Shown: positions 27,339 to 38,427, counted from the whole stretch's first letter. The stretch is 63,963 nt of DNA, filler included, from Myxococcota bacterium (GCA_049322255.1; 8 parts of 8 records of this genome joined end to end with filler, not necessarily neighbours in it); one strand, 5' to 3'. A program made the numbers and translations. Notes: generated by a model not told the origin, from the sequence alone.

Positions 27339-29395
27339 TGAGAGGCCTGGTTTTCGGGGGGGTGCTGGTGGCTTTGGGGGCGTGCGCTCCGGAGTACGGC
27401 GCATCTGTCTTCCGGGTGGAGCGCGCCGAGCCTGACGCCGACGCGACGGAGCTCAGCCCGTATCAGGCCGTGCGGTTGCGCTTGTCGCTGGCGCTCGATT
27501 CACGGACGCTGCGCGAGCACCCTGTCGAGGGAAGCTGGGAGGAGGGCCCACTGGAGCTGGCGGCCCGCTACAACCCGAGCGACCAGGCCATCGACCTTTT
27601 CCCGCTTATCCGCTGGCCCTCCAACGCCACCTTGCGTTTCCGGTTGTCGCCGCAGCTGGCCAGCCGCTCGGGTCACGCGCTCAACGTGGCGTACGTCTGG
27701 AGCGGGACGACGGCCGCCCTCGTCGACCAGAGCCCTCCTCGCTTCGAAGGGCCGCCAGCAGTCGTGCCGGGGGAGTCGGACCTCCAGGTGCAATGGGCGG
27801 CGGCGGACGATGGGCCTGAGGGAACGGCTCCCGAAGCGCTGGTGTACCGGGTTTGGGTGTCTTCGCAGCCCGGGGTGGCCCGGGAGGAGCAGGCCGCGCA
27901 ATCGGTGGTGGGGGCAACCTCGCTGGTGGTGACGCAGGCCGATGGTGAGCCGCTGACGCCTGGCCAGACGTACTTCGTTCGAGTCGCTGCGGAAGACGCG
28001 GCGGGCAATCGCCGCGGGCTCGACGAGCTCTCGGTGACGACGCTCGACACGAGCGGCCCCGAGGCGGAGTTTCTCTGGCCGCCCGACGACGCGACCGGTG
28101 TGCCGACGAACCACGTGGTGGTGGTGCGCTTCTCCGAGCCGGTGGCTCCGCTGCAAGGGGGCGCCCTCGTCGCTTCCTGCGAAGCGCCTGTTCCTGGAAC
28201 ATTGGTGCTGTCCTCCGATGCGCGGGTGGCGCGGTTTCTCCCGGCGGTGGGGTGGCCGGCCGGTAAGCCGTGTACCGTCCAGGTGCGGACCACCGTCGTC
28301 GATCGAAGCGGGCACTCGCTCGCGGCGTCGCGGTCGGTGCGCTTCACCACTGGTGCCAATGCCGACACCCAGCCCCCCACGTGGGCCCAGCCGAATGTGC
28401 AAGCCGCCGCGCTGGGAGAGAGGCTGCTTCGCGTGCAGTGGGAGCCTGCGCAGGATGACTGGACGGCTGCCCCGCTGAGGTACTTGGTTCGGCGGCGGCC
28501 CCAAACCGGCGTCCCCACCGGGTGGGCGATCGACGACGTGCTGGCGGCGGGCTCGACCCTGTTGGGAACGCTGGAGGCGAAGACCCACTACGAGATCCAA
28601 GTCGAGGTCGAGGACGTGGCGGGCAATCGCGGAGGTGCTACTGCCTCCACGTCGGTCGAGACGCCCGACGTCACCCCACCCGTCTTCGGCGGCGTCGGGC
28701 CGATTGAAGTGCGGGGCACCTCCAGTCTCGAGGTGAGCTGGCTGGCCGGCGAGGACGACGTCGATGCCCCCGAGCAGCTCGTCTACCAGGTCCATCGGAG
28801 CCTCTTCGAGGGAGCGCCCATGGAGTCGCGCATTCTCGTCGGCGAGGTGCTGGGACTGACGAAATGGCTCGACGAGGGCCTTTGGTCTGAAACCACCTAC
28901 CACTACGTCGTGGTGGCGCGCGACCGGTCCGCAAACCACAGCGCGCTGGAGCTGGTTGGCTCGGCGACGACGGCGGCGAGGCGCTCGGGCTCGGGGTATG
29001 ATGTCGTCCAAGCAGTCTTCGACCGGAGCTGCGTCAACTGCCACGACCCGGCGAGCGCCAACGGGGGGTTCATGGACTTGAGCGGGCCCGAGGTCTCGTT
29101 CGCGACGCTGGCGGGGGCGGCCGGGAAGTACGACGCGCTTCCCGATGACCAGGGTTCTTGCCGGAGTTGGTACGACGCGCTGCCGCCCGAGGACCCTCGC
29201 AGGGTTTACCGGCTGGTGGTTCCGGGTGCGCCGGAGCTAAGCCTGCTCTACTTGAAGCTTCTTCCGGTGGGAGCTCCCTGTGGAGGGCGGATGCCAGCGG
29301 GGTGCGAGGGTGGAGCGGGCGGCTGTCTCGGGGAGTCGGATGTCGAAGCAGTGAGGAAGTGGATTCTCGAAAAGGCGCCAGGGCCCGACCTATGA
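27338..29395 (+). CDS. Lipoprotein with Ig-like and FN3 stalk domains and a C-terminal monoheme cytochrome c domain
   Basis: TGATG coupling; LGAC lipobox; two Big-type (PPDDATGVP..VRFSEPV) and three FN3 (W..A.DD..Y.V.A.D.AGN) units; VFDRSCVNCH...VVPG.PELSLLY...RMP...WI. Confidence 0.85.
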   Translation: MRGLVFGGVLVALGACAPEYGASVFRVERAEPDADATELSPYQAVRLRLSLALDSRTLREHPVEGSWEEGPLELAARYNPSDQAIDLFPLIRWPSNATLRFRLSPQLASRSGHALNVAYVWSGTTAALVDQSPPRFEGPPAVVPGESDLQVQWAAADDGPEGTAPEALVYRVWVSSQPGVAREEQAAQSVVGATSLVVTQADGEPLTPGQTYFVRVAAEDAAGNRRGLDELSVTTLDTSGPEAEFLWPPDDATGVPTNHVVVVRFSEPVAPLQGGALVASCEAPVPGTLVLSSDARVARFLPAVGWPAGKPCTVQVRTTVVDRSGHSLAASRSVRFTTGANADTQPPTWAQPNVQAAALGERLLRVQWEPAQDDWTAAPLRYLVRRRPQTGVPTGWAIDDVLAAGSTLLGTLEAKTHYEIQVEVEDVAGNRGGATASTSVETPDVTPPVFGGVGPIEVRGTSSLEVSWLAGEDDVDAPEQLVYQVHRSLFEGAPMESRILVGEVLGLTKWLDEGLWSETTYHYVVVARDRSANHSALELVGSATTAARRSGSGYDVVQAVFDRSCVNCHDPASANGGFMDLSGPEVSFATLAGAAGKYDALPDDQGSCRSWYDALPPEDPRRVYRLVVPGAPELSLLYLKLLPVGAPCGGRMPAGCEGGAGGCLGESDVEAVRKWILEKAPGPDL

Positions 29396-31101
29396 GGGAG
29401 CTTCGCCGACGTCGATTTGTCTGGGTTGCGCTCGGCGCGACGGCCCTGGTCGCGGGGTGTGTCACCTACGCAGTCGACGGGAGTCTCGAGGAACCCTACG
29501 TTCGCTGCCCCACGGGCACCGAGCCGGGGTGCCGGTGTGTCGCCGAAGGACAAGAGGCGACTTGCGCCACCTTCGCGGCCAAGCTCATCGGCGTCGGCAC
29601 CTGTCGCGAGGGCAAGGCCTTGTGCGCTCGTTCGAGCGACGGAAACCTGGCCTACGGTGCCTGCGAGGGAGAGGTCGCTCCCGAGGACGAAACCTGCGCC
29701 AACTTGGGAGAGGACAACGACTGCGATGGCATTGCCGACGAGGTCGAAGTTCCTGGGCCGCTGGGTGAGCCGTGCAACGCCTCCGGTCAGCTGGGGCTGT
29801 GCGCGCTTGGAGTGAGTGCCTGTGAAGGCGGCCAGTACTTCTGCCGGCCCGCCCAGCCGCAGCCCGAGGAGTGCAACGGGAAAGACGACAACTGCGATGG
29901 CACGGTCGACGAAGGTTTTGCCGATTTGGATGGTGACCAGCGTGCCGACTGTGTCGACGACGACGCCGATGGCGATGGCATTCCCAACCGGTCGGACAGG
30001 GCGCCGCTGAACGCGTTTTCCTGTTCTGACACCGACGGCGATACCTGTGATGACTGCGCCGTCCTGGGTCGCTATGCACCGTTTGACGACGGGAAGGATT
30101 TCGACGCCGACGGCAAGTGTGACCAGGGCGACGACGACATCGATGGTGATGGCTGGTCGAACGCGGAGGAGGTTCGTTGCCTCACCGACGCCAAGAACAG
30201 CGCTTCGCTGCCGGTCGACCGCAACAATAACGGCACCTGCGACAACTTGGAGGGCGACACCGACGCCGACGGCTGGCCCGATGCCTACGAAATCGTTTGT
30301 GGGAGCGACCTGTTGGATCCGCTCAGCCTCCCGCTGGACACCGATGGAGACGGTCTGTGCAACAGCGTCGATCCCGACGACGACGCCGACGGAGTCTCGG
30401 ACAGCGACGAAGTCGCCTGCTTGACCGATCCGCTCGACGCCGTGAGCCGGCCTCCGCAACCGACTGGGTCAGCGTGTACCGTGCCGAACGGGCTGGGTAT
30501 CTGCGGCAATGGGGCGTGGGTTTGTGATGGCACCCTCAATGGAGGGAGCTGCCAGTCGCCCCCCCGTTCGAATGAAACGTGCGCCGACGTGGGCATCGAC
30601 AACGATTGTGACGGCTGCAACACCGAGGCCTCGCAAGACGGCAAGTGCTGCGCGTACAAAAACCCCTATCTCGCGCTCGGGAGCTGCTCTGGCGTTCTGC
30701 GCTGTATACCGGGGTCGGGAATCCAGCGGTGCGTTCCGACCGCGGAGTCAGTCAGCAAGCAAGTATTCGTAAAATGCGGCAACTGTCATCCCTATCGAAG
30801 TACGTGCAATGACGTCGTTGGATATATACGCCTGCCAAAGAACAGCTGTATGAATTACGTCGAGCCGTTTTCGACGACGTATAGCTATTTCTATCACAAG
30901 ATGGGTGGCACGAATTTGCCGGCGGAATGTGGAGGTGGCTCTGCCGGATACAGGATGCCTCCCGGAGGGTTGACCTCCGGTGAATGGCAAACCTTCGTCG
31001 ATTGGGTTCAGGGAGGGGCAGACACCACCTGTGGCACCTCGGGTGGAGCGCCGTTGTGCAAGAACACGCCGGGTTGTGCGAGCGACCCTGACTGCCAGTA
31101 A
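29392..31101 (+). CDS. Cys/Asp-rich lipoprotein (DNDCDG and DxDxDG Ca-binding repeats) with C-terminal cytochrome c domain
   Basis: ATGA coupling; VAGC lipobox; thrombospondin-3-like repeats; VFVKCGNCH...SYFYHKM...RMPP...DWVQGGA. Confidence 0.85.
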   Translation: MRELRRRRFVWVALGATALVAGCVTYAVDGSLEEPYVRCPTGTEPGCRCVAEGQEATCATFAAKLIGVGTCREGKALCARSSDGNLAYGACEGEVAPEDETCANLGEDNDCDGIADEVEVPGPLGEPCNASGQLGLCALGVSACEGGQYFCRPAQPQPEECNGKDDNCDGTVDEGFADLDGDQRADCVDDDADGDGIPNRSDRAPLNAFSCSDTDGDTCDDCAVLGRYAPFDDGKDFDADGKCDQGDDDIDGDGWSNAEEVRCLTDAKNSASLPVDRNNNGTCDNLEGDTDADGWPDAYEIVCGSDLLDPLSLPLDTDGDGLCNSVDPDDDADGVSDSDEVACLTDPLDAVSRPPQPTGSACTVPNGLGICGNGAWVCDGTLNGGSCQSPPRSNETCADVGIDNDCDGCNTEASQDGKCCAYKNPYLALGSCSGVLRCIPGSGIQRCVPTAESVSKQVFVKCGNCHPYRSTCNDVVGYIRLPKNSCMNYVEPFSTTYSYFYHKMGGTNLPAECGGGSAGYRMPPGGLTSGEWQTFVDWVQGGADTTCGTSGGAPLCKNTPGCASDPDCQ

Positions 31102-31105
31102 ACAT

Positions 31106-31138
31106 CCCTCTCCCCCTGGGAGAGGGTAGGGTGAGGGG
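31106..31138 (+). repeat. REP-like palindrome (copy B) between convergent genes; possible terminator role
   Basis: CCCTCTCCC-CCT-GGGAGAGGG-TAGGGTGAGGGG, 4 nt after a stop codon. Confidence 0.8.
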
Positions 31139-31146
31139 CTTCGAGC

Positions 31147-34100
31147 TCAATAAACGAGGTTCGGGCCGAAGTAGATCCAGAACTGGCCTTGGTTGCCATC
31201 GCCGATCATGAGGTCGTTGATCCCGTCTCCGTCGAGATCGGCAATCAAGCCAGGACCCCAGCCGTAGTACCGGTTGTGAGCGACGAGGTTTCGTTCCTGA
31301 AATGGGGGAAGGGTTTGGAACGTCCCGTCTCCGTTGGAGAGGTGAACGTACGCTCTGCCGGCATTCGAATATCCGATTATCGCCTCGGACGGATTTGACA
31401 GGTAAACATCATCAAAGCTGTCTCCGTTGAGATCGCCGAACGCGAATCCGCCTGGAGACAACCAGCCAGACCGCGTGATGGGAGCAGCAAAATCTGTCAA
31501 CACCCCTGCGGAAAACACCGGTCGATAGATATAGAGCGTCGATGGTTGTTGGAGGGCGATGAAGACATCGTTCGATCCTCCAATCGCGTCGATGTCACCC
31601 ACGCGAACCTCTACTAGCTGAGTGTTGCCACCGGTCCATGTCTTGAGGAAAGGCACTGGATCGCCAAGGGGATCATTGGGCCCAGCCGTTCCTCGAGCAG
31701 GCATTTGATAAATGCGGAACGCATGGTTGTAAACACCAGCCGGCCATCCCATCCAGTAGCTCGCTCGTGAAATAACGAGATCAAAGGTACCAGCGGGGTC
31801 GCCATCGATGGGCGCGGCGGCGAGCGAAAACCCGAACAGCAATGGTGCGTTGTCCGGCGAGAAGATGGGCTTCATCCGGCGAACCGAAAAATCACCGTCA
31901 ACATTATAATATAGATAAACCATCCCGTTTTGGGGGGTGGTGTAGGTAGCGACCCTGGTTCTTGGCGCACCTATTGCGAGGTCTCCGTCGCCATCGGCGT
32001 CGAAGTCTGCAATGGCGAAGGCGGTTCCGAAATCGTTTTGGGAATCAGCGCTCAAGGTGCCTTGGAGCAGGATCGGGCTCAAGAAGTCACCGGTACCGTT
32101 CGACCGATAAATGCGCGCCCAATTGGGTGACGGGCTACATGCCGCGCTGAAGGTAGCGCTGCCTACGGCCAAGTCGGGGAACGTGTTCGAATCGAGATGC
32201 CCAACCTCGAGAGTGCCTCCGAAACACTGGTTCGACGCGGGCGGCTGCTCCTGAAGCGTGACGCCCGCGGTGAACGCGCCAGCTCCGTTGCCCATGAAGA
32301 CGCGGACGCGGCCGGCATTGTTGTTGAAAGTGGGCTCTCCGAGAATGAGGTCCTGGTGGCCGTCGTTGTTCAAGTCGGCCGCTTTGATGACGGGGGCGTA
32401 CTGGTTGAAGACGACGTGCGGCCGGTCGATGAGGTACCGGAAGCCGTTGGTTTCCTTCTTGCTCCCGCTGGGCGTAGCAACCGTGACGTCGACAAAGCCC
32501 GCGGTGGTCAGTGCCGGGCTGAGCACCTGCACCTTGTTGGGCGGCGTCACTGTCTGGATGGTGGCGGCGGTGGTGCCGAACGTCACCGTGTTCGTGCCCC
32601 GAAGGCATCTCCCGTTGATGGTGACCGCGGTCTGTTCGCCCACCAGGCCCGTGGGGGGGAGGATGGAGAGTATTTCCGGCGTCAGGTCATAGGTGAATCC
32701 GTTGACCAAGCTGCCGGATCCGGTGGCGGAGTTACCAGCGGTCACCGTGTGCTGCCCGGGCGGAAGCTGAGGAATGGTCACCCGCATGCGCGTTAGGCTT
32801 TCGATGCTCGGCACTACTTGCGTGGCTCCGAAAGAAACCAATGTTCCCGTAACGAAGTTGGTGCCCTCGATGATGACCTCTCTGTCCTCGCAGGCCCGGT
32901 CGGGGGTGACGGACGTCACGGTGGGAGGTGCGGCGATATAGGTGAAGCCTCCGTCCAGTCGCGCGGTGCCGATGGGGGTGGTGACCTCCACGTCGTAGGT
33001 TCCAGGAGCCATCACCGCCCTCGTGTTCCCGGTAATCTCGGTGGGGCTCACCGTCTTACGCGAGAACAAGTCCAACCCGGCGATGCGGGCGGCGCTGACA
33101 TTGACGAAGCACTGGCCTCCAATGGAGACCGGTGTATTGCCCGCCACCGGCCCTGCGGATGGCGTCACCGAGGTTACCTTGGGCGTCAAATCGTAGGTGA
33201 AGGCTCCCGGCAGCGAAGCTTGACCCAGAGCCGTGGCCACGGTGACCGTGGCCGCAGTTCCGTGTGCTCCCGATGGCACGGTAGCGGTCAGTTGGGTAGG
33301 GCTGCTCACCGAGACATTTTGCGCGCCGGCGACGCCGCCGTCCGGGAAGGAGAACGTCACGGTCGTCGAGGGCGCGAAGCCGGTGCCGTTGAAGGCGAGG
33401 GTGTCGCCGACACATCCCGCATCCGCCCCGAGGGAAGTCAACGTCGGCGGAGAATCGAGGTAATAGAAGGCATTGGAGAGCGTGTGCTTCAGTTGCAGCA
33501 CCTTGGATTCGACGGTGACGTCCGCATATCCAGGCGCCGTGCCTGCTGGTACCGAGCCGGTCAACTTTTTGGGGCTCAGTACCTGCATGCTCGTCACGGC
33601 GTTGCTTCCGATGCGCGCCTCCAACTCGGTCGTTGGGGCTCCGAGGAAGCACCGGCCTTCGATGGTGACGGGCTGGCCTCCGGGCAGCACGTCCACTGCG
33701 GGGGAAATGGACTTCACCTCGGGCGTGTCGTCGTAGGTGAAGCCCGGCAAGGAGTTGAAGCCGGCGCTGTTGATGACCATGACGTGTACTTGGTTTGAGG
33801 CGGTCCCGCCGTCCGTCACCCCAGAGGGGATGGTGACGAGCAGCTCTCCCGCGCTGATGAATTCGGCTGGGGCCAGCCTGCCTCCGACGAGCACTGTCGT
33901 CTGGGTATTGAAGTTACCGCCGAAGACTTGAATGACGTCGCCCTCGCAGCCGGTCGTGGGCGCAAAGGAGGTCACGTAGGGATCATCCGCCTGATAGGTG
34001 AAGCCATTGGGCCGGTTGTAGGTCCGGAGGGTTTGGTCGATCTTGGTTTCCACCTTCACATCGACTGTCACATCAGTGGAGCTTTGGGGGGAGCGTCTGG

Positions 34101-34819
34101 GCAAAACACCGCGAATGGTTTTGGAATCAGGAGAGCTTCGCGCAAGAAGCTCCGCTCCGCCGATCGTTGCGCTTTGCACGTTGCTCAGGCAGCGGCCGCG
34201 AATCTCCACCGGGACACCGCCGTTCATGGGCCCGGCGTCGGGTGCTACCTCCGTTATCTCCGGGTCGAGGTTGTAGGAAAACAAGCCGTCGATAGGAGGC
34301 TTCACGCAGGTTCGACCTCCTGGGTTCGCGCTCGAAACTTCGACTGGACCATCGCTTCCCGCCGGAGGGGGAACCTCACCCCAGACTTCAATCCCGTTGG
34401 GGGTCGACATTCCGGCGGCGCTGACGAGCTCGACGCCTGCGAAGAAAACCTTGGTGTCTGCTTTGAAATGCTCTCCGGTGACCACGACTCGGTCGCCTGG
34501 GCAGCCGACGCTCGGGGTCACCTTGGTGACGCAGGGAAAGTTGTCTCGGTAGGTGAACGCGCGCGGCAGTACGTCCGTCGCCTCGGAGTTGACGGCGCTC
34601 ACATTGACCGGAACGTCCACAATCAGCCCTGGCGGCGCGATGCCCACGATTTGGCTGAAAGTCACCTCCAGCTGCTCGAGCTTGTTACTTCCGATGTAGA
34701 CCTCAGTGACGGTGCTCAGGCACTGCCCCTTCAAGGTGACGGGGTAGCCGCCCGCCTTGGCCCCTTCGGAGGGGAACACCGCCGCCAACCGCGGCTCGCT
34801 CGAGAGAAGAAATGCATTG
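31147..34819 (-). CDS. Large surface protein with at least 9 IPT/TIG domains and a C-terminal FG-GAP propeller; 5' truncated
   Basis: Repeats P.VTSVTP..G...G..V.I.G..F...FTY; ADLNNDGHQDL, ADFDADGDGDLAIGAP, GDLNGDSFDD; frame open to the contig end. Confidence 0.9.
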
Positions 34820-34919
34820 NNNNNNNNNNNNNNNNNNNNNNNNNNNNNNNNNNNNNNNNNNNNTTAATTAATTAANNNNNNNNNNNNNNNNNNNNNNNNN
34901 NNNNNNNNNNNNNNNNNNN
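34820..34919. other. Artificial contig linker
   Basis: N/TTAATTAATTAA spacer. Confidence 0.99.
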
Positions 34920-35307
34920 CGCCATCGGCGAGCTCGTACTGCGACGCTCTCAAGATTGACGTTCCGCGACTCGATGAGGAGGTCGGCCCTCGGGACGGGT
35001 AGTGACCGAGTTTGACGCGCCGCAAAGAGTGGGGTGACTGCGCGGGCGATGGGCGTCGAGAGCATGGAGACTCGCTCACGGAGCGGGATGGGCGATCGTC
35101 GAGTCGGTACTCGATGTCTCGATCGCCTGCCGGATCCGCAAGTCCCAAGCCAGAGGGCTTGTGAATGTGGCGAGCTCACAGGGGGAGCCCAGGGCAGTGT
35201 GAGCGCGAGGAAAAGTGGAGGTGTTCGAGGATGGCGCGCCACCCCTCGACAGCGAGGAAGAATCTATGCGCGAGGGTCCTTCACCGCTTTCGAGCGTCTG
35301 CCCGCGA

Positions 35308-35766
35308 TCACCGAGTGGCCTGCGCCGGCGCCGAGTGGGTGAGCTTCAGCAGCGAGTGGAACAGGTTGAGCTCGTCGAGGCTGTCCTGGATCGCCGCGGC
35401 GTTCTCCTCGGCGCAGCGGTTCGTCCAGGAATTCGTCAGCGACGCGGTCGACTCGGCGTGGACGAGCCCGCGGATGTGCACGACGAGCGTGCGCAGCTCC
35501 GCGACGTGAATCGGGCGGCCGGTTCGGGCCTGGAGTCCGCGGAGCAACGCCGCAAAGTCCGGACTCTCCTCCTCGAATCCGTCGATATCCAGCGGCGCGT
35601 CGGTGAACGGTCTGCCCGCGATGACTTTGAAGAGTTGCCGCACGACCGAGGTGAGCGCATTGCTCGTTTCGTCCAGGACGCCTGACTCCGGTTGTGACGT
35701 TGCGCGAATGAGCGCGAACGCATTCAAGAATCTCCGAGTAGCTGTTGCTTGCCTTGAGCGGGCCAT
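35308..35766 (-). CDS. Hypothetical helical protein
   Basis: ATG-started 152-aa ORF with protein-like composition; no recognised motif. Confidence 0.5.
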   Translation of the reverse strand: MARSRQATATRRFLNAFALIRATSQPESGVLDETSNALTSVVRQLFKVIAGRPFTDAPLDIDGFEEESPDFAALLRGLQARTGRPIHVAELRTLVVHIRGLVHAESTASLTNSWTNRCAEENAAAIQDSLDELNLFHSLLKLTHSAPAQATR

Positions 35767-36000
35767 GGAACAGCTTCCCGTCGACTTGGGTGGCTCTGGT
35801 TACGCCGGAGGATGCTCAGGAAAGCACTTCGAACCCCTAGGCTTTGGCTCGCCCGAGGTCGTGCGAGCGGGTGCTCATCCTCCCGAGCCAAAGGCCTGTA
35901 TCCCGCGCAGTGGGTGAGGCGGGAGTCCCTTGGAGAAATCCTCGGGGCTCCCGACTTGCCGTTCCACAAGCCTCCCCGCCGCGCTAGCCTTCGGGCCTAC

Positions 36001-37626
36001 GTGGAACAGCTCGGCAAGTACCAGCTGATTCGCAAAATCGCCACCGGGGGCATGGCCGAGGTCTTTCTCGCGCGCACCGCCGGGCCGATGGGCTTCGAGA
36101 AGAAGCTGGTGCTCAAGCGCATTCTGCCGCACCTGGCCGACGACCCGCAGTTCGTGCAGATGTTCCTCGCCGAGGCGAAGATCGCCGCGCTGCTCGACCA
36201 CCCCAACGTGGTGCAGATCTTCGACTTCGGACAAGAGGGGCGGCACTTCTTCATCGCCATGGAGCACATCGACGGTCCGAACCTGCGCCACCTGGCGAGG
36301 ATGGCGCGCGACGTCGACACCCCGCTGCCGTTTGCGGTGTGCGCCAAGCTCGTCAGCCACGCCTGCGAGGGGCTCTCCTTCGCCCATGACTTCAAAGACC
36401 CGGAGACGGGCCAGCCGATGAACCTCATTCATCGTGACATCAGCCCCGACAACATCCTCGTCTCCCGCACCGGCGCGGTGAAGGTGGTGGACTTCGGCAT
36501 CGCCAAGGCGTCTACCCAGCCCCACCTGACCAAGAGCGGGGTCATCAAAGGCAAGCTGATGTACATGCCCCCTGAGCAGATGGGGCGCGGCGCGATGGAC
36601 CGGCGCGTCGACGTCTTCGCCTTGGGGATGGTGCTCTACGAGCTCATCTCCGGCCTGACGCCCTTCGACACCACCAGCGAAGTGAGCATCATCCAGGCGA
36701 TCATGAGCCCCGAGCCGCTCCCGCCGGTCACCTTCCGTCGCGCCGACGTGCCCTTCGAGCTTGTGCGCATCGTCTCCCGCGCGATGGAGAAGGACAGGGA
36801 GCAGCGCTACGGAAGCTGCAAGGAAATGCAAGCCGACCTCGAGCGCTTCTTGGCCTCCACCGGACAGTCGGTGCAGCCTCACCAGCTCGCCGAGTGGGTG
36901 GAGAAGCTGGAGGCGCTGGCGCCGCCCGATGCGTACCCCACTCCGGTGGCGCAGGCGGTCTTCGGGGTCGCCGAGGCGGTGCCCGGCCATACCGACGTGT
37001 CGGCGGTGGACAGCGAGGGGTTTGCCGACACCAAGGTCTCCACTTCGGGAAAGACCCCTCCCGAGCCCAGACGCCCTGAGGCAGCCCCGCCCTCGAACGC
37101 GACGCCTTTCCCTCCCGTGGAGGAGAAGGCGAGTGTGGCACCTGCGTCTTTCACCACCGACGCCATGGCACGCGCAGGGGTGAAGAAGAGCAGGCTTCCC
37201 CTCGCCGCCGTCGCCAGCGGAATTTTGGGAGTCGTGGTCACCGGGTACGCCCTCACGCGCAGCGAGCCGCCGCCCCTTTCGCCGCCCGTCGCCCAGGCTC
37301 TTCCAGTTCCCGTTCCCGAGCCCAGCCCCGAGCCGCAGCCTTCCCCTCTACCGACGCCTGCTCCGCAGCCTGCGCCGCCCAAGCCCAGAGTGAAGCCCGC
37401 GCCCAAGGCCGCTCGCAACGGTTCGCTGGAGTTTCGGGTGCGGCCTTACGCCACGGTTTATTTGAACGGCGAGCTCCTCGGCGACACGCCGCTTCAACCG
37501 ATGAACGTCCCCGCCGGGAAGCACTCCATCCGTCTGGTGAACGCCAAGTTGGGCAAGGACGTCGAGGTGGACTTCACGGTGAAGGCCAACGACAAGAATC
37601 TGTTCAAGTACAACTTGCGGGAGTGA
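36001..37626 (+). CDS. Membrane Ser/Thr protein kinase with C-terminal PEGA-like domain
   Basis: IATGGMAEVF, VLKRI, HRDISPDN, DFG, YMPPEQ, DVFALG; TM helix, Pro-rich linker, PYATVYLNG..LGDTP. Confidence 0.95.
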   Translation: MEQLGKYQLIRKIATGGMAEVFLARTAGPMGFEKKLVLKRILPHLADDPQFVQMFLAEAKIAALLDHPNVVQIFDFGQEGRHFFIAMEHIDGPNLRHLARMARDVDTPLPFAVCAKLVSHACEGLSFAHDFKDPETGQPMNLIHRDISPDNILVSRTGAVKVVDFGIAKASTQPHLTKSGVIKGKLMYMPPEQMGRGAMDRRVDVFALGMVLYELISGLTPFDTTSEVSIIQAIMSPEPLPPVTFRRADVPFELVRIVSRAMEKDREQRYGSCKEMQADLERFLASTGQSVQPHQLAEWVEKLEALAPPDAYPTPVAQAVFGVAEAVPGHTDVSAVDSEGFADTKVSTSGKTPPEPRRPEAAPPSNATPFPPVEEKASVAPASFTTDAMARAGVKKSRLPLAAVASGILGVVVTGYALTRSEPPPLSPPVAQALPVPVPEPSPEPQPSPLPTPAPQPAPPKPRVKPAPKAARNGSLEFRVRPYATVYLNGELLGDTPLQPMNVPAGKHSIRLVNAKLGKDVEVDFTVKANDKNLFKYNLRE

Positions 37627-37629
37627 CGC

Positions 37630-38427
37630 GTGATGGCTCGCATCTGCCTGGTGGTGGCGGTGGGGGTGTGCTCGACACCGGCTTGGGCGTTGTCGAAGGA
37701 GGTCGCCAAGTACCTGCGCGCCGCAGCGACCCTCTACGAAAACCTCGAGTACGAAAAGGCGCTCAAGCAGATCGAGCGTGCCCGCGCCAAGAGCGCTGGC
37801 TCCGAAGACGACACCGCCATCGCGCTGTACGAGGGCATCTTGTTCTCCGACCTGGGCAAAGAGGAGCGCGCCCTCACCGCCTTCAAGACCGGGCTGTCGT
37901 TGGACCCCGAGGCCAAGCTGCCGCTGGAGGTTTCTCCCAAGGTGGAGGCGGTCTTCGAGAAGGCGCGGCAGAACGTGAAGAAGATGCTCGAGCCACAGCT
38001 CGCCAGAGAGAAGGAGGAGGAAGAGCGGCGAAGGGCGCAGGCCGAGCGGGAGCGGCAGATGGCGCAGATGACGCCTAAGCCTGCCCCGGAGCTCATCCAG
38101 GCTGCGCCTTCCTCGTCGGTGCGCGGCTACGCTTGGCTGCCGGCGGCGGCAGGCGTTGCTCTGGCCGGGGGCGGGGCGTTCTTCCTCCTTCAGGCCAAGG
38201 GCAACTACGACAAGCTGATTCAGGGCACGGTGGCCCCCGAGACGGCAGCACGGGCGCGCGAGGACGGCAAACGTCAGCAGGTGGTGGGGCTGATGCTGGC
38301 GGGGGTGGGTGCCGCCGCGCTGGCTTCTGCGGGGGCGATGGCCCTGTGGGGCGAAACGCCCGCTGCGGTAGGTGGGGCGGTCACCCGCGACGGAGCCGCT
38401 GTTTCGCTCGCGTTGCCGCTTCCTTGA
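37630..38427 (+). CDS. Exported TPR protein with C-terminal hydrophobic hairpin
   Basis: Signal peptide; LYENLEYEKAL...AFKTGLSLDP...VSPKV; two Gly/Ala-rich hydrophobic segments. Confidence 0.8.
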   Translation: MMARICLVVAVGVCSTPAWALSKEVAKYLRAAATLYENLEYEKALKQIERARAKSAGSEDDTAIALYEGILFSDLGKEERALTAFKTGLSLDPEAKLPLEVSPKVEAVFEKARQNVKKMLEPQLAREKEEEERRRAQAERERQMAQMTPKPAPELIQAAPSSSVRGYAWLPAAAGVALAGGGAFFLLQAKGNYDKLIQGTVAPETAARAREDGKRQQVVGLMLAGVGAAALASAGAMALWGETPAAVGGAVTRDGAAVSLALPLP

